Shown piece by piece: positions 1 through 11,265 of a DNA stretch of 64,000 nucleotides (positions are counted from its first letter, which is position 1; every line of letters starts with the position of its first letter). Origin of the DNA: Okamejei kenojei (Eukaryota). Made by a program: the position numbers and the translations under genes. The stretch is from NCBI GenBank assembly GCA_035221665.1, contig CM069160.1:4340001-4404000 (forward strand), written 5' to 3'. The notes beneath the pieces are model-generated. The model saw only the letters and a program-made list of their open reading frames with translations. It had not been told where the DNA came from and searched no databases.

Positions 1-294
1 CCTCGTGCCGCTGGCAGTAGAAGGCCGACTGTCCCTGGCGGGGCTCCAGCTTCAGCTCCCTCACGCCTCCACAATGTTGGCCAGCATGCGGTTGGGCTTC
101 AACCTCTTCTCCTTGAACACCTCCTGCACTCGGGCAGAGAGTAGAAAGGCGTCGCCCTTCTCCCAGCTCCGTGAGATGCACAGCCCGGCAGAAGTTGTGG
201 TCGAACTCCAGGGCCACTGGCTCCTGGAAGAAATCCAGCAGATGGAGCAGGTCACCTCGCTGAAGAGTCTACCAAGGGGTGGTAGGGAGGCCAT
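1..294 (-). CDS. TRIM-family protein, first coding exon (RING finger and start of B-box); runs off the window; frameshifted as assembled
   Basis: Frame-corrected read: MASLPPLGRLFSEVTCSIC-LDFFQEPVALEFDHNFCRA-CISRSWEK...CPEC-EVFKEKRLKPNRMLANIVEA...FYCQRHE. This is a C3HC4 RING, the 'LxPNxxLANIVE' linker and a B-box start. Splice acceptor ttttgctccacag ends at 335, with 40 nt of 5'UTR before the ATG at 294. Confidence 0.85.
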
Positions 295-496
295 TCTCCA
301 AGGTCCAGCCTTCTCAGCAAACGTCCGTCAAAATCTGTGGAGCAAAACATAAACATGTGAATGTAGTCTTCCTGCGATGTTTCATTGTTTGATTAGGTGG
401 AACCTGTGGTGTACATGTCCTATTTGCTCCCAGTACGAATGTTCCTCTGGAGATCAGAGCATTCAACTTAGGCCAAAGCTCCAGCATGAAGGGAGT

Positions 497-800
497 GGTG
501 GCAGTGACGCAGCGGTAGAGTTACTGCCATCACAGCACAAGAGACCCTAGTTCGATCCTACGGTGCAGTCTGTGCGGAGTTTGCACGTTTCTGTCTGTGA
601 CCACGTTGGGTTTTCTCTGGGTGCTCCGGTATTTCCTCGCACATTCCAAAGAGGTGCAGGTTGTAGGTTAATTGGCTTTATTGTAAATAGTCCCTAGTGG
701 GTAGGGTAGTGCCAGTGTACGGGGTGATCACGGGTCGGCAAGGACTCGGTGGGCCAAATGGCCAGTTTTTCACTCTGTATCTCTATCGTCTAAAGTCCAA
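497..800 (+). mobile_element. tRNA-derived SINE (HE1/V-SINE-like)
   Basis: A-box-like gtgacgcagcggtag, B-box-like gttcgatcc, central gagtttgcacgtt...gggtgctccgg...cattccaaag, and a CR1-like 3' tail ending ctgtatctcta. The same element recurs many times in the window. Confidence 0.8.
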
Positions 801-1454
801 AGAGTGCTCCTGCCTATCAGAGGCACCGTCTTTCACTTCCAACACAAATATAAATCCCAGTGTCCCATCACTGAATTCATAATGATTTCCTGAGTCCAGT
901 ATCAGCATTTAAAATTTTCTCATTCAAGCAAAATGGTTATTTGGTATTGGAGCAAAGCAAAGCATTAAAATAGCTGCAGACCTTAACTAAAAACTGAACA
1001 TATCATACTAATAAATTCTAATTTTAACTGAAAGACTGAACTGGCAATTCAACTAAAAACATTCACACAGAATTCACTTTGAACACACAGCTGAAAAAAA
1101 GGTTCTTTACCATTATAGGATGATCCAAGTGCTCGCGTGACCCTAATCTATAGGGAGAGGATGGCAGCCTAGGGTTTTATTCCTTGGAGCGCAGGAGGAT
1201 GTGCGGTCATCTTACAGAATGTGTGAATAAGATAATGATCTGCATCTTAATATATACATAGAAAAACTGTATCCAGTACAACAAAATATATGAAGCCAAC
1301 ATGTTCAATAGATACTGTGGAAGAGAAAATTTGAGCATAGTGCAGAATATTGTGTTACAGCTACACAGAAATGGCTTGTAACATGTAATCCTGGCCGTTT
1401 AAACAATTGGTCTTTGTATGATCTTTGTGTATGCACACATCCTATTGTCCAACA

Positions 1455-1750
1455 CAGAAAATGTTGGAGTAATCAGAGTAACTCTCTGGACAGAGACACA
1501 AAGTGCTGGAGTAACTCAGTGGGTTAAGCAGCATCCCATTAGAATATGAATAGGTGACGTTTTGTGTCGGAACCCGATGGGCGGTAATAAGATGAACACA
1601 TGCTGTGTCCTGTCCCTCCTCTTTTCCTGCTTTCTTTCCCAACCCTACAATCAGTCCGAAGAAGGGTTTCTGACTAAAAACATTTCCTATCCACATTCTC
1701 TATGGATGCTGCCCAGGCTCCCTGTGTTACTCCAGCAGTTTGTGCCGATC
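1455..1750. repeat. Penelope-derived short repeat, inverted arrangement
   Basis: gctggagtaactcag...ggtgacgtttt followed by the reverse-complement arm ...gatgctgcc...gttactccagca. Confidence 0.65.
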
Positions 1751-1864
1751 TTTGGAAAAAATCAAATTCCATTATTCTTTGTTAACAGCATCTTTGGAGA
1801 ATACGGATCGGTGATGTTTCAGGTTGTGGACCGTTCTTCAGACATACTACAGGGAACTAAGTAA

Positions 1865-2765
1865 ACAAAGAAAAACAGGTGCACGAGTAGACCATTCGCC
1901 CTTCGAGCCAGCAACCGCCATTCAATATGATCATGGCTGATCATCCAAAATCAGTACCCCGTTCCTGCTCTTTCCCCCATTCCCTTGATTTTGTTAGGCC
2001 TAAGAGCTAAATCTAACTCTCCCTTGAAAATATCCAGTGAATTGTCCTCCACTGCCTTATGTGGCAGTGAATTCCACAGATTCACAACTCTCTGGGTGAA
2101 AAAGATTTTCATCTCAGTCCTAAATGGCCTACCCCTTATTCTTAAACTGTGCCCCTGGTTCTGGACTCCCCCAACATCGGGAACATGTTTCCTCCAATAG
2201 CCTGTCCGAATCCCTTTAGAATTTTAAATGTTTCTATAGGATCCACACTCATCCTTCGAAATCCCAGTGATACAAGCCCAGTCATTCTATTCTTTCAGCA
2301 TATGTCAGTCCCTGCCATCCCAGGAATTTAACCTGATGAACCTATGCTGCAATCCCCAAATGGCAAGAATGCCCTTCCTGAAATTTGGAGACCAAAGCTG
2401 CACACAATACTCCAGGTGCAATCTGACCAGGGCCCTGTACAACTGCAGTATGACCTTCTGGCTCCTAAACTCAAATCCTCTTGCAATTAAGGCCAACATG
2501 CCATTAGCTTTCTTAACTGCCTGCTGTACCTACATGCTTACTTTCAGTTACTGATGTACAAGGACACCAGTTCTCGTCCCCTTTTCCTAATCTGACACCA
2601 TTCAGATAATAATCTGCCTTCTTGTTCTTGTCACCAAAGTGAATAACCTCACATTTAACCACATTATTACTGCATCTGCCATGCATCTACCCACTCACCC
2701 AAACTATCCAAGTCACCCTGCAGCCTCATAGCATCCTCCTCACAGCTCAGTGCCACCCAGCATTG
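1865..2765 (-). mobile_element. CR1-type LINE 3' fragment
   Basis: Minus-strand LYRALVRLHLEYCVQLWSPNFRK motif and the CR1 3' UTR shared with other copies. Confidence 0.9.
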
Positions 2766-3155
2766 TACCTGCACTCCTAGATCCATCTGCTCTAAAACAT
2801 GCTTTAGTAAGTTCCTGTCTAATACCATTAAAATTGGCTTTGCTCCAATTCAGAATTTTAGCATGTGGGCCTGCCCTGGCCCTTTTCCATGACGACTTTA
2901 ATCTTCATAGAACATGGCTGCTGCTCCTAAAAGGTTTTGCTCACGGCCACATCAGTCACTTACCCGGACCATTAACCTGTTCAAAACTTTGAACAATAAA
3001 CCAATTCCCACAAAATTCAATCTTCAAGTTTTTCCTGTGGCATAACATACTCTTGTTCTGACAAATTTCAATTGAAATTTAATTTCCACTGCATTTCTAA
3101 CAATTAGACATTCATCATCAGTGAGTCAGAATCATATGGCACGGAAACATGCCAC

Positions 3156-3366
3156 GTGTAGGAAGGAATTGCAGACGCTGGTTTACACCAAAGATAGACA
3201 CAACATGCTGGCGTGACTTGATGGGACAGGCCCATTTCTGGATAGAAAGAATGGGTGACGTTTAGGGTGGAGATCCTTCTTCAGGGCCCAAAAATGTCAC
3301 CCATTCCTTCTATCCAGTGATGCTGGCTGTCCCACTCAGTTACTCCTGCATTTTGTGTCTAACTTC
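3156..3366. repeat. Penelope-derived inverted short repeat
   Basis: gtaggaaggaattgcag...cacaacatgctgg...gtgacgttt...cttcttcag, then the mirror arm aaatgtcaccc...gttactcctgcattttgtgtct. Confidence 0.65.
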
Positions 3367-3374
3367 AAAGGAAA

Positions 3375-3795
3375 CAAGCCATTTGCCCCAAACTTGTCCA
3401 AGCCCAATAAACTGCCTCATCTAAGCTAGATCCATTTGTTTGCATTTGACCCACATCCCTCCAAATGTTTTCTATCCATGCAACTATTAAAATGCCTTCT
3501 GAATGTTTGTTGTTGTACCCGCCTCAATCACTTCACCTGGAAACGTCCCACCCTCGGTGTAAAAATATTTCCCCACAGGCTGCTATTGTTCTATCCCCTC
3601 TCACATTAAACCGATGTCCTATTTCTTTCATTTCCCTATCATGGGAAACAAAAAAACTGTGCATTCACAATTTCTATCCCCCTCATCATTGTAAACAGCT
3701 CTATAAAAGATACCCCTCAGCCCCCTGCACTGCAAGGAATAACGTCCTACCCCAACCCTAATCTCTCCCTGTAGCTCAGGCCTTCAAATCCTGCA
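3375..3795 (-). mobile_element. Degenerate CR1 3' fragment
   Basis: Matches the CR1 3'-end sequence seen elsewhere in the window (ctctccctgtagctcagg...). Confidence 0.65.
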
Positions 3796-3812
3796 TTAAC
3801 TGTGCCCATATT

Positions 3813-4110
3813 CTAGTTTAGTGACACAGCGTGAACCAAGCCCTCTGGCCCACCGTGTCCATGTGGACCGGCAATCATCCATACTAGTTCTATCCTGCAC
3901 TCTAGAGTCGATCTACAGAAGCCAATCAAACTACAAATCTGCATGTCATTGGAATGCGGGAGGAAACTGGAGCACCGGGAAAAATCCCACACGATCACAG
4001 GGAGAACATACTGTACAAACTGCGTGCAGACAGCACCTGTAGTCAAAGTCGAACTGCAGTCTCTGGTGTTGTAAGGCAGCAACTCTACCGCTGCACTTCT
4101 GTGCCACCCT
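3813..4110 (-). mobile_element. tRNA-derived SINE (HE1/V-SINE-like)
   Basis: Reverse complement of the 497-800 element (ctctaccgctgc at the head; ggaaactggagcaccggg in the centre). Confidence 0.75.
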
Positions 4111-4644
4111 CTGCACTGTAGTGTAGGAGTAATTACCGGTCGGCGTGTACTCGGCGGGCCTGTTCCCACGCTGTATCTGTAAACTAAACTGCTAAATAAA
4201 GTGCTGTTATTGCGCAGATCAGGCAGTAAACGCTGAGAATTAAATCCAGAATTGATGTTACAGAACAAAGACCTTCCTTCATGGAACATTGCAGACATCA
4301 AACCTTATCTTAAATTGCAGGAAAAATAGAGGGGGGTAGGGAACAATAGGGAACGGTTGAAAGGGTTTGCAGAGAATTGTTGGGGTTAGTTTATATAAAA
4401 AAATCAACCGCTCGAAAACAAGTCTGCGGAACACAGAGACAAGGACTAGCTTGCGAACTCAAGGTCACAACTGATCAGAACCCAGACAAAACTGTGAGCA
4501 ATTAGCGCCAAATCGTAGGTTGGTACTTGATACATCCTAATTATCCTGTAGAGATAAAGAAGCTGCTTTATCAGCTGTGTGTTCAGAGTGCGATCTGTGT
4601 GAAAGTGTTCAGTCGAATGGTCAGTGTCGTTCATCTGTTAGTTA

Positions 4645-4970
4645 AGGGCCTGTCCCACTTGACGATTTTTCGGCGACTGCCGGCGTCATATCAGTATCGC
4701 CAAAAGATTTTGAACATTTCAAAATCCAGCAGCGACAAAAAAAAGTTGCGGCACTTGAAAAAACACCGTGTGTCATACGTCATCACGCCACGTCACCGCC
4801 GCATCATACATCATCACGCCACGTCACCGCCGCATCATACGTCATCACGCCGCATTACCGCCACATCATACGTCATCACGCCGCATCACGCCGCAAATTT
4901 TTCGATGACCTGATAAGTCAGTCACTGATACCGGCAGTGGCCGAAGGAATCGCCAAGTGGGACAGGCCCG
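4645..4970. mobile_element. PIF/Harbinger-type MITE with internal tandem repeat
   Basis: Perfect 16-bp TIR gggcctgtcccacttg (4646-4661) / caagtgggacaggccc (4954-4969); TTA on both flanks (4642-4644, 4971-4973); no coding capacity. Confidence 0.8.
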
Positions 4971-6119
4971 TTATGTTCAGTCTTTAGTTGTTTAATTGTA
5001 CACTGTAGTTTATTGTCACATGTACTGAGGTACAGTGAAAAGCTCGTGTACAAACCAGCAGAATGATAATGCATGATTACAATCGAACCATTCACAGAGT
5101 ATAGATACACGATAGGGGAATAAATAATGTTTAGTGCAAGGTAAAGCCAGTAAGGTCTGTTCAAAGATAGTGCGAGCATCTCCAATGAGGTAGGTAGTAG
5201 TCCAGGACTGTTCTCTGGTTACGGTATTTCTAATTCCAAAGTCATTTTTGTTTTGTTAGTTATGATATGTTCAGTTTTTAGTTAAGGTCTGCATATTTTT
5301 AAATGCTTCGCTCCGATACCGTATAACCATTGTACCTGAATAAATGTTTTAAACGCTAATACTGGACTCGGCAAATAATTGAGAATTCAGTTATCCCACA
5401 ACTGTGATTAAAGTCATTGCCAGTTAATTAAATTCTCCGCCACATGGAATCTTGATCTTTGGCCTTTCACACACTTCCAAACAACAATACAAACTTGAGG
5501 AGAACAGCTCGTCAACATTCAACTTGGGAAATGTCAGTGTTCAGGGCGTTAATGTTAAATTCAGGAATTTTCAGATAAGCAGCCTGTCCAGTTCGTGCTG
5601 GAGCCAACCAGAAAGGTCACCCTGCACAAGTCAAAATCTTGAGCAACAGCACAGAGTACAAGAGGAACTCAGCAGGCCAAGCAGCATTTGTGGAAGGAAA
5701 TTGACTCTTTCTGTATGAATAAAAATCCAGACCCAAAACATCACCTGTACATTTTCCTCTAGCACTGTGTTTAACACAAACGTCTGAGACATCAGAAGAC
5801 AGACACAAAAAGGTGGAGTAATTCAGCGGGTCAGACAGCATCTCTGGAGAAAAGGAATAGGTGACGTTTCGGGTCGAGACACTTCTCAAGACAGGAACAG
5901 CACTGTTCTTCCCTCCATAGCTGTTTCCTGGCCAGCTTAGGATGTCCAGCATTTAGAAACAAAGAACTGCAGATGTTGGTTTATAATGAGTGCTGGAGTA
6001 ACTGAGTGCATCAGGCAGGATCCTTGGATAACAGCATCCCTGGAGAACAATGCACAGGTGATGTTTTGGGTTGGGAACCTTCTTCGGAATTATTCATCCA
6101 AGGAGACAGAATAAGTCTG

Positions 6120-6390
6120 TAGAAGGAGGGTGGGGGGGTGGAGGGGGGAGAGATGGAGGGAGAGGAAGGAGGGAGAGGGAGAGGAAGCGTTGAGGAAGGG
6201 GAGAGGAGGAGGGAGGGGAGAGGAGGGGAGGGGGAGAGGAGGGGATATGAGGGAGTGGATAGGGAGGGGGAGAGGGGGATAGAGGAAGGGGGGAGAGAGG
6301 AATGGAGGAAGAAGGTGGGGGGGGGAAGAGGAGAGGGAGACATAGATAGAGAGTGTGCGTTTAGCGGTGGCGGGGCGGGGGGGGGATTCC
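6120..6390. repeat. Purine-rich (G/A) low-complexity tract
   Basis: Almost pure G/A on the plus strand; the overlapping ORFs are compositional artefacts. Confidence 0.85.
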
Positions 6391-6734
6391 TGCTCATTTA
6401 AGAAGTGTTGCACAGAACTGAAAAAGCATGAACCAGTCATGTTTCAAATGGCGGAGATGGAATGCAGAAGGAACGTGGAGAATGCGATTGGGTGAAGGAC
6501 GACATTGATCAGGAAAGTTAATTTTTTAACTCGGCATTTTGAAGAAGGATCTCAACCCGACACGTCATTCATTCCTTCTCTCCAGTTATGCTGCTGTCCC
6601 GCTGAGTTACTCCAGCTTGTTGTGTCTATTTTCGGCAGTCCCTGATGCGTCAGAGTAACATGTAAAAGCCTGAAACAGAACAGTGTCGTGACCTGTTTAC
6701 AGGGAAGACACGTTTGGACGGTTTGCTCCGTGAG

Positions 6735-6910
6735 GGCAGCATAGTGGAACAGCTGATAGAGCTGCTGCCTCACAGCGCCACGGTCCCGGGTTCGAGCCTG
6801 CCCTCGGGTGCCGTATATGTAGCATTTACACTTTCTCGCTGTGACTGCGTGGGTTTTCTCCCATATCCGAAAGCTACGTTTGTGGGTTAATTGGCCTCTG
6901 TAAAAATAGC
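6735..6910 (+). mobile_element. HE1-like SINE, partial
   Basis: gagctgctgcctcacagcgcc...ccgggttcgagcc...gcgtgggttttctc...ggttaattggc. Confidence 0.7.
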
Positions 6911-6989
6911 TCTCTAAACATAAATTAAACACAATTAGTGTCATCTGAAAAGTTCAGCGCCTGTATCCATTCAGGCTTGCTATAATGAT

Positions 6990-7700
6990 CGTTTTATTGA
7001 GTGTGGTCCGCTTTCTACCAGTTCCCAGATAACTTTGTCTTAGAGTGTCCCGGTCAGTCCGAGCCCAGACTACATGTTCAAACACGGCTTTACAGTGTGC
7101 GCCTGAGTTACTATTTAAAGCGCCATTTTACACAAGGTCGTTAAAAAGTTACAAGAGGCCTTTGATTCACTTCAGCCCGGGGCCCAATTTTTGCAGTTTG
7201 ATCGCAAAAAGACGTTCTTCGAGCGTGTAAAAAAATATCGAGGGTTGAATGAACTCACTCGAACATTGCAAATAAAATAACTTTTCTCGCTGGAAGATGC
7301 AAACTGCTCGGGTGTGGATTTAGTGTAATGCAGCTGATTACTTCTAATGCAACTGACTCCTTCTCATGGGAAGGCATGTATTCAGTTAAAGACTTGTGTA
7401 CACGCCATGTTTACAGCTTGCAAGTTCCAGCTTCGGAACCCGCTGTATATCCCGACATGTGTTGGGTCGCGCCGTACCTGAGTGGGGCTCGGGGTTGCAG
7501 TACGAGTCGTTACAAAACCGCACCTCAAGTTGCCTTCATCTGTGGCGAGGTTTCACTCGGTACTGGCAGCTTTTGATTCCGCCCGCATGGAGACCGCTGT
7601 TGTTTTCTCTGGAAGTTGAATGTATTGCCCCACCGGCCACAGCCGCCAGTGTCGCTACTGGGGGAGTTCCGTGGCGGGCAGCGCTGCAGCGCCAGTGAAA
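6990..7700 (-). promoter_or_regulatory. Putative CpG-rich promoter / non-coding first exon of the TRIM gene
   Basis: Apparently unique, CpG-enriched stretch; minus-strand donor CTCAG|GTACGG at 7477; GC box ccgccc near 7580; partial ISRE-like ggtttcact near 7550. The TRIM coding exon has an acceptor and needs an upstream exon. Confidence 0.3.
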
Positions 7701-7713
7701 GAGTCAAACAGAA

Positions 7714-7906
7714 TGTGTAGGAAGGAATTACAGATGTTGGTTTAAAGCGAAGATAGACACAAAAAGTTGGAGTAACTCATCGGCCAGACAGCATCTCTGG
7801 AGAAAAGGAATAGGTGACATTTCGGGTCGAGACCTTCAAACTGAGCATCTCGTATTTGTGTGTCTATCTTCGGTTTAAAACCAGCATCTGCAGTCCTTTC
7901 CTACAT
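7714..7906. repeat. Penelope-derived fold-back repeat
   Basis: About 50-bp imperfect inverted arms: gtaggaaggaattacagatgttggtttaaagcgaagatagacaca / tgtgtctatcttcggtttaaaaccagcatctgcagtcctttcctac. Confidence 0.7.
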
Positions 7907-8808
7907 ATGTTTTATTTTATTTTCATTGAATTTGAAAATTGAAGCACTGAAACAGGCCCTTCGGCACATCTCGTCAATGTTGACCAAGATGTCCCATCTC
8001 CCTGCTCGCGTTCAGCCCATATCCCTCTAATCTGTTCCAATCCATGTCCCTGTCCCAAATTTATTTTTAAATGTCACAGTACCAGCCTCAACCACCTCCT
8101 CTGGCAGCTGGTTTCAAATACCCAACATCTTCTGAAAGACCTGTCCCTCAGGTTCCTATTAAATCTTTCTCTTCTCACCTTAAATCTATGTCCGCTGGTT
8201 CTTATAAAAACAAGGAACTGGTTTATACCACAGATAGACTCAAAGTGCTGGCCAGGCAGCATCACTGGAGAAAAAGGATAGGTGAGATTTCGTGTCGGGA
8301 CAGACTGAAAGGAGGGGGTGGGGTGAGAGCCAGAGGAGAGAAAAGACCAGAACAAATCAGGGTCAGCAACAAAGAACCTAAAGCAGAGGGTTGAATCTTC
8401 GTTGGTCTATTGTTGGCTGGGAAGGTGTGACCTCAAGAATCTGAGTGAACTGTAGAATTGGTGAAACGACCAGGGTGGTGGATGGGGGCTCATTTATCCA
8501 GTTCATGAGAAACGTCTGCGCAGGATAGGAACCCTGCCGAAAGGCTCATCGGGCGGCGTAACCGGGAGGGAGCTGGAGACATTGCATGTGAGGAGCGTGG
8601 GCTGGTAGAAGGGTGAACCGGGGGTATTGCCTCGAGCACCTTAATGGTCGGCTGCAGGAACCGTCCCTGGGACACACAGAGATGCCCAGGAGAGAGGGGA
8701 TGTTGGCTCGTGGTAAGTGCTCCAGTACAACGAGCGGACGGACCGAACGGTCTTGCAACATTCAATAATGGCGCCACAACATGGTGGCGCCCGCATGTGT
8801 AATATATG

Positions 8809-9447
8809 TGTGAGGGATAAAGTGATTAAACCCTATTAAAGAAAGGAGTTTTAAAGAGAATTCAAACAGAGAGGGCTGGAGAGGAGATTCTGACAGCAGT
8901 GTCTGAAAATTGCCAGACCCATCCTTGAGGCCTTGAGTAAGAAGAGATAGCTTTGTCTCGCTAGAGAAGGGGGTGATGTAGAGAGATCCCTATCAGTGGA
9001 AAGGAGTGATGGATGGGACCCTAGTCACTATAGCTTAGCTTTAGTGCTGATATAGGAAAACTGAGAGGGTTCACTAGGAGGTGAGCGAAAGTGAGCCAGG
9101 TCATGAGCAATTTGAGCATGCTTAATAGAAAAAATGAATATTACAACACACCCCTGGTCAAGAAATTTGCTCATTACCATGAACATGCAATGTATGATGT
9201 GGGAGGTACGAGGGGATGTACGGTGGGTTGTACCTACAGATTGTGCACCTCCGACTCTGATTGGAGAGAGGTCCGGAGGAGAGAAATTGAATGTAAGATT
9301 TTGTGTATAAAGGGGGATGATCTCCCTGGCTTCAGTGTGTCTCGGGTTGGAGAGGCACCCGGTCTGCAGACTCGTAAAATAAAGAAATCTCTTGCTTCGA
9401 GGATTTAGTCTTTGAGTATTTATTGTGAGCATAAAGGGTATCTCACA
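8809..9447 (+). repeat. 5' LTR (639 bp)
   Basis: Starts tgtgag and ends ctcaca; TATA-like tataaa near 9306; aataaa near 9378; direct repeat of 13102-13734. Confidence 0.97.
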
Positions 9448-9450
9448 AAT

Positions 9451-9468
9451 TGGGGGCTCGTCCGCGAT
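9451..9468 (+). promoter_or_regulatory. Primer-binding site, tRNA-Pro
   Basis: tgggggctcgtccgcgat, one mismatch from the canonical Pro PBS tgggggctcgtccgggat, 3 nt after the LTR. Confidence 0.92.
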
Positions 9469-9659
9469 CGCCACTCCGCTGCTTGGTGGAGACAAGGAAG
9501 GAGGGGAAGGTGCACCCTGCTGATTTCAGCAGTCTCTGATCTCCTTGCTTGCCATCAGCAGTTTGAGCGAGTGATATCCGCTGGAAAAGACTCCGGAAGC
9601 AAGAGGGGGTGTAAGGTAAATACGTACGGGACGGTCGAGTGATTCTTGTGCACAGGACC

Positions 9660-9668
9660 CAGGTAAGA
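9660..9668 (+). promoter_or_regulatory. Putative major splice donor of the ERV
   Basis: CAG|GTAAGA in the leader between the PBS and the gag ATG. Confidence 0.6.
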
Positions 9669-9733
9669 AAAACGACTATTAAGTATTGCCTGGGCGATCG
9701 GGATTTGTCGGACGGGAATAGTCCGACAAGGTA

Positions 9734-10430
9734 ATGGGAAACCGGAACGGGAGAAGTAAGGGTCCGGGGAACCGGGATGAGGCTCATACTGATATGGAGC
9801 CTAACATTCCGCCCGATAGTCCGTTGGGGCGAATGTTGGATGGGGTGAAGGGAACACCCGGGGTAAAGAGTAAGGAAACTATGTGCCTGTCACCAGTATG
9901 GGGTGAGGAACTTTAAAAAGGAGATAAACTATCTGAGAAAGTAACACATTGAGTTTTAGAATGAGAAAGAAGGCAGATCAGAAAGGATTAAAGTGGGAAG
10001 CAGAGGGATGAATTGATGAGACTGCTTTTAGAAAGAGAGAGCATGAAAAAGGAAAGACAATTGTTGTCAGTAAACAACAGACCTGGTTGAAGTCTGGAAT
10101 AAGTGATGCACCGACACACAGTGAGTCCTATGACAGAGCCAAACAGGGCCAGAGATTCCATGCCAATAAATAAATGTATTTGGGAGAGTGTTTTTCTCAA
10201 ATGCCCTATCGGGAGTGAAATAAATCTGGATCTGAGATCCCAGACAAGGCTAGTAAGGAGATAGGTAATGGATAAGGTGTGTTGGGGATGTGAACAGGTA
10301 CGATAATCAGGAAATAATAATAATAATAATAATGAAATCTTAATAATAATATTAAGATAATGGTGAACATAGCTATGATAAGAACATTAAGAAGAGGTAT
10401 TAAATACACCTAGGCTAGGATGCTAAATAC
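9734..10430 (+). pseudogene. gag: gag remnant (N-terminus recognisable, remainder deleted or degenerate)
   Basis: MGNRNGRSK...IPPDSPLGRML: Gly2 myristoylation-type start and a class I ERV matrix-like motif; no capsid homology recognisable afterwards. Confidence 0.7.
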
Positions 10431-10434
10431 TAGC

Positions 10435-11170
10435 GGCGTGTTTTAATCAGATGTTGTAGGCAGATTTTGGAAGGTGTTGATATAGTATGTGGATGATTTT
10501 TTGGTTTGTTCCACAAGTGAGGAGCAACGTGAGAAAGAGACATTGTAATTATCTTGGAAAAGATGGCACAGGAGGTCATGATGTATCAAGGAAGAAGTTT
10601 TTGTTTTGTCAGCAGAAGGTAGAATATTTTGGACAGTGATATCTAAAGAAGTAAAAGCTATAGCGCAGGATCAAATTGGAAGCTTGCCTGCAATCTTGCT
10701 TAGCTCAATTGGCAGAAATTAAGGCTTTAAGAACAGCATATGTACATGGAGTCTGGCATATGTTTGGAGCAGTAGGAAACAGAAAGGCTTTGAGAAAAGC
10801 AACGGAGACCCCATGCAAAGTTAGCAGTGTCCCCCTATGAAATGTTGTTTGGGTTACCTTATTTGGGAAAGATAGAAGGAATACCCACCATAGAGGGCAG
10901 TGATGTATTCTCAAGGAACTATTTACTGGCAATGTCCCGTTCCCTTACAGAATTAAAAGCGAAAGGATTATTGCTCAAAGCCCGCCACTTGACTTTCAAT
11001 ACATGCTGTAAAGGCCGGCGACTGGGTACTGGTTAAAAATTGGAAGGAGGAGAAACTCCAGCCCAGGTGGACCGGCCCGTACCTAGTATTACTGACAACC
11101 GAGACAGCAATACGAACAAAAGAGAAAGGGTGGACCCACGCGATCCGGGTTAAAGACCCGTCGATCCACC
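10435..11170 (+). pseudogene. pol: pol remnants (RT YVDD region, RNase H piece, integrase C-terminus)
   Basis: YVDD at 10486-10497 preceded by an in-frame TAG; FCQQKVEYFG; SAQLAEIKAL; SPYEMLFG; KLQPRWTGPYLVLLTTETAIRTKEKGWTH (GPY/F motif). Confidence 0.9.
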
Positions 11171-11265
11171 CGTTCCTGAGGAGGAGGAACAGCGGACGGT
11201 GAAGCCGGGAAGTAAACCCCTAACAGAATTTTAAAAAGAAAAGCATTGAATGTATAACTGACAGT

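Noticed and set aside
497-570. tRNA gene
   Set aside because: The A/B boxes belong to SINE heads; no cloverleaf, and the SINE body follows.
6011-6440. Pro-rich and Gly/Glu-rich ORFs
   Set aside because: Low-complexity purine tract.
8770-8791. Perfect 8-bp hairpin ggcgccac/gtggcgcc beside the ERV insertion site
   Set aside because: Lies in the older repeat that the ERV interrupted; a single short hairpin does not support targeting.
9028-9495. ORFs within the LTR (possible accessory or superantigen-like gene)
   Set aside because: No recognisable motifs, and the frames differ between the two LTR copies; cannot be supported without polished sequence.
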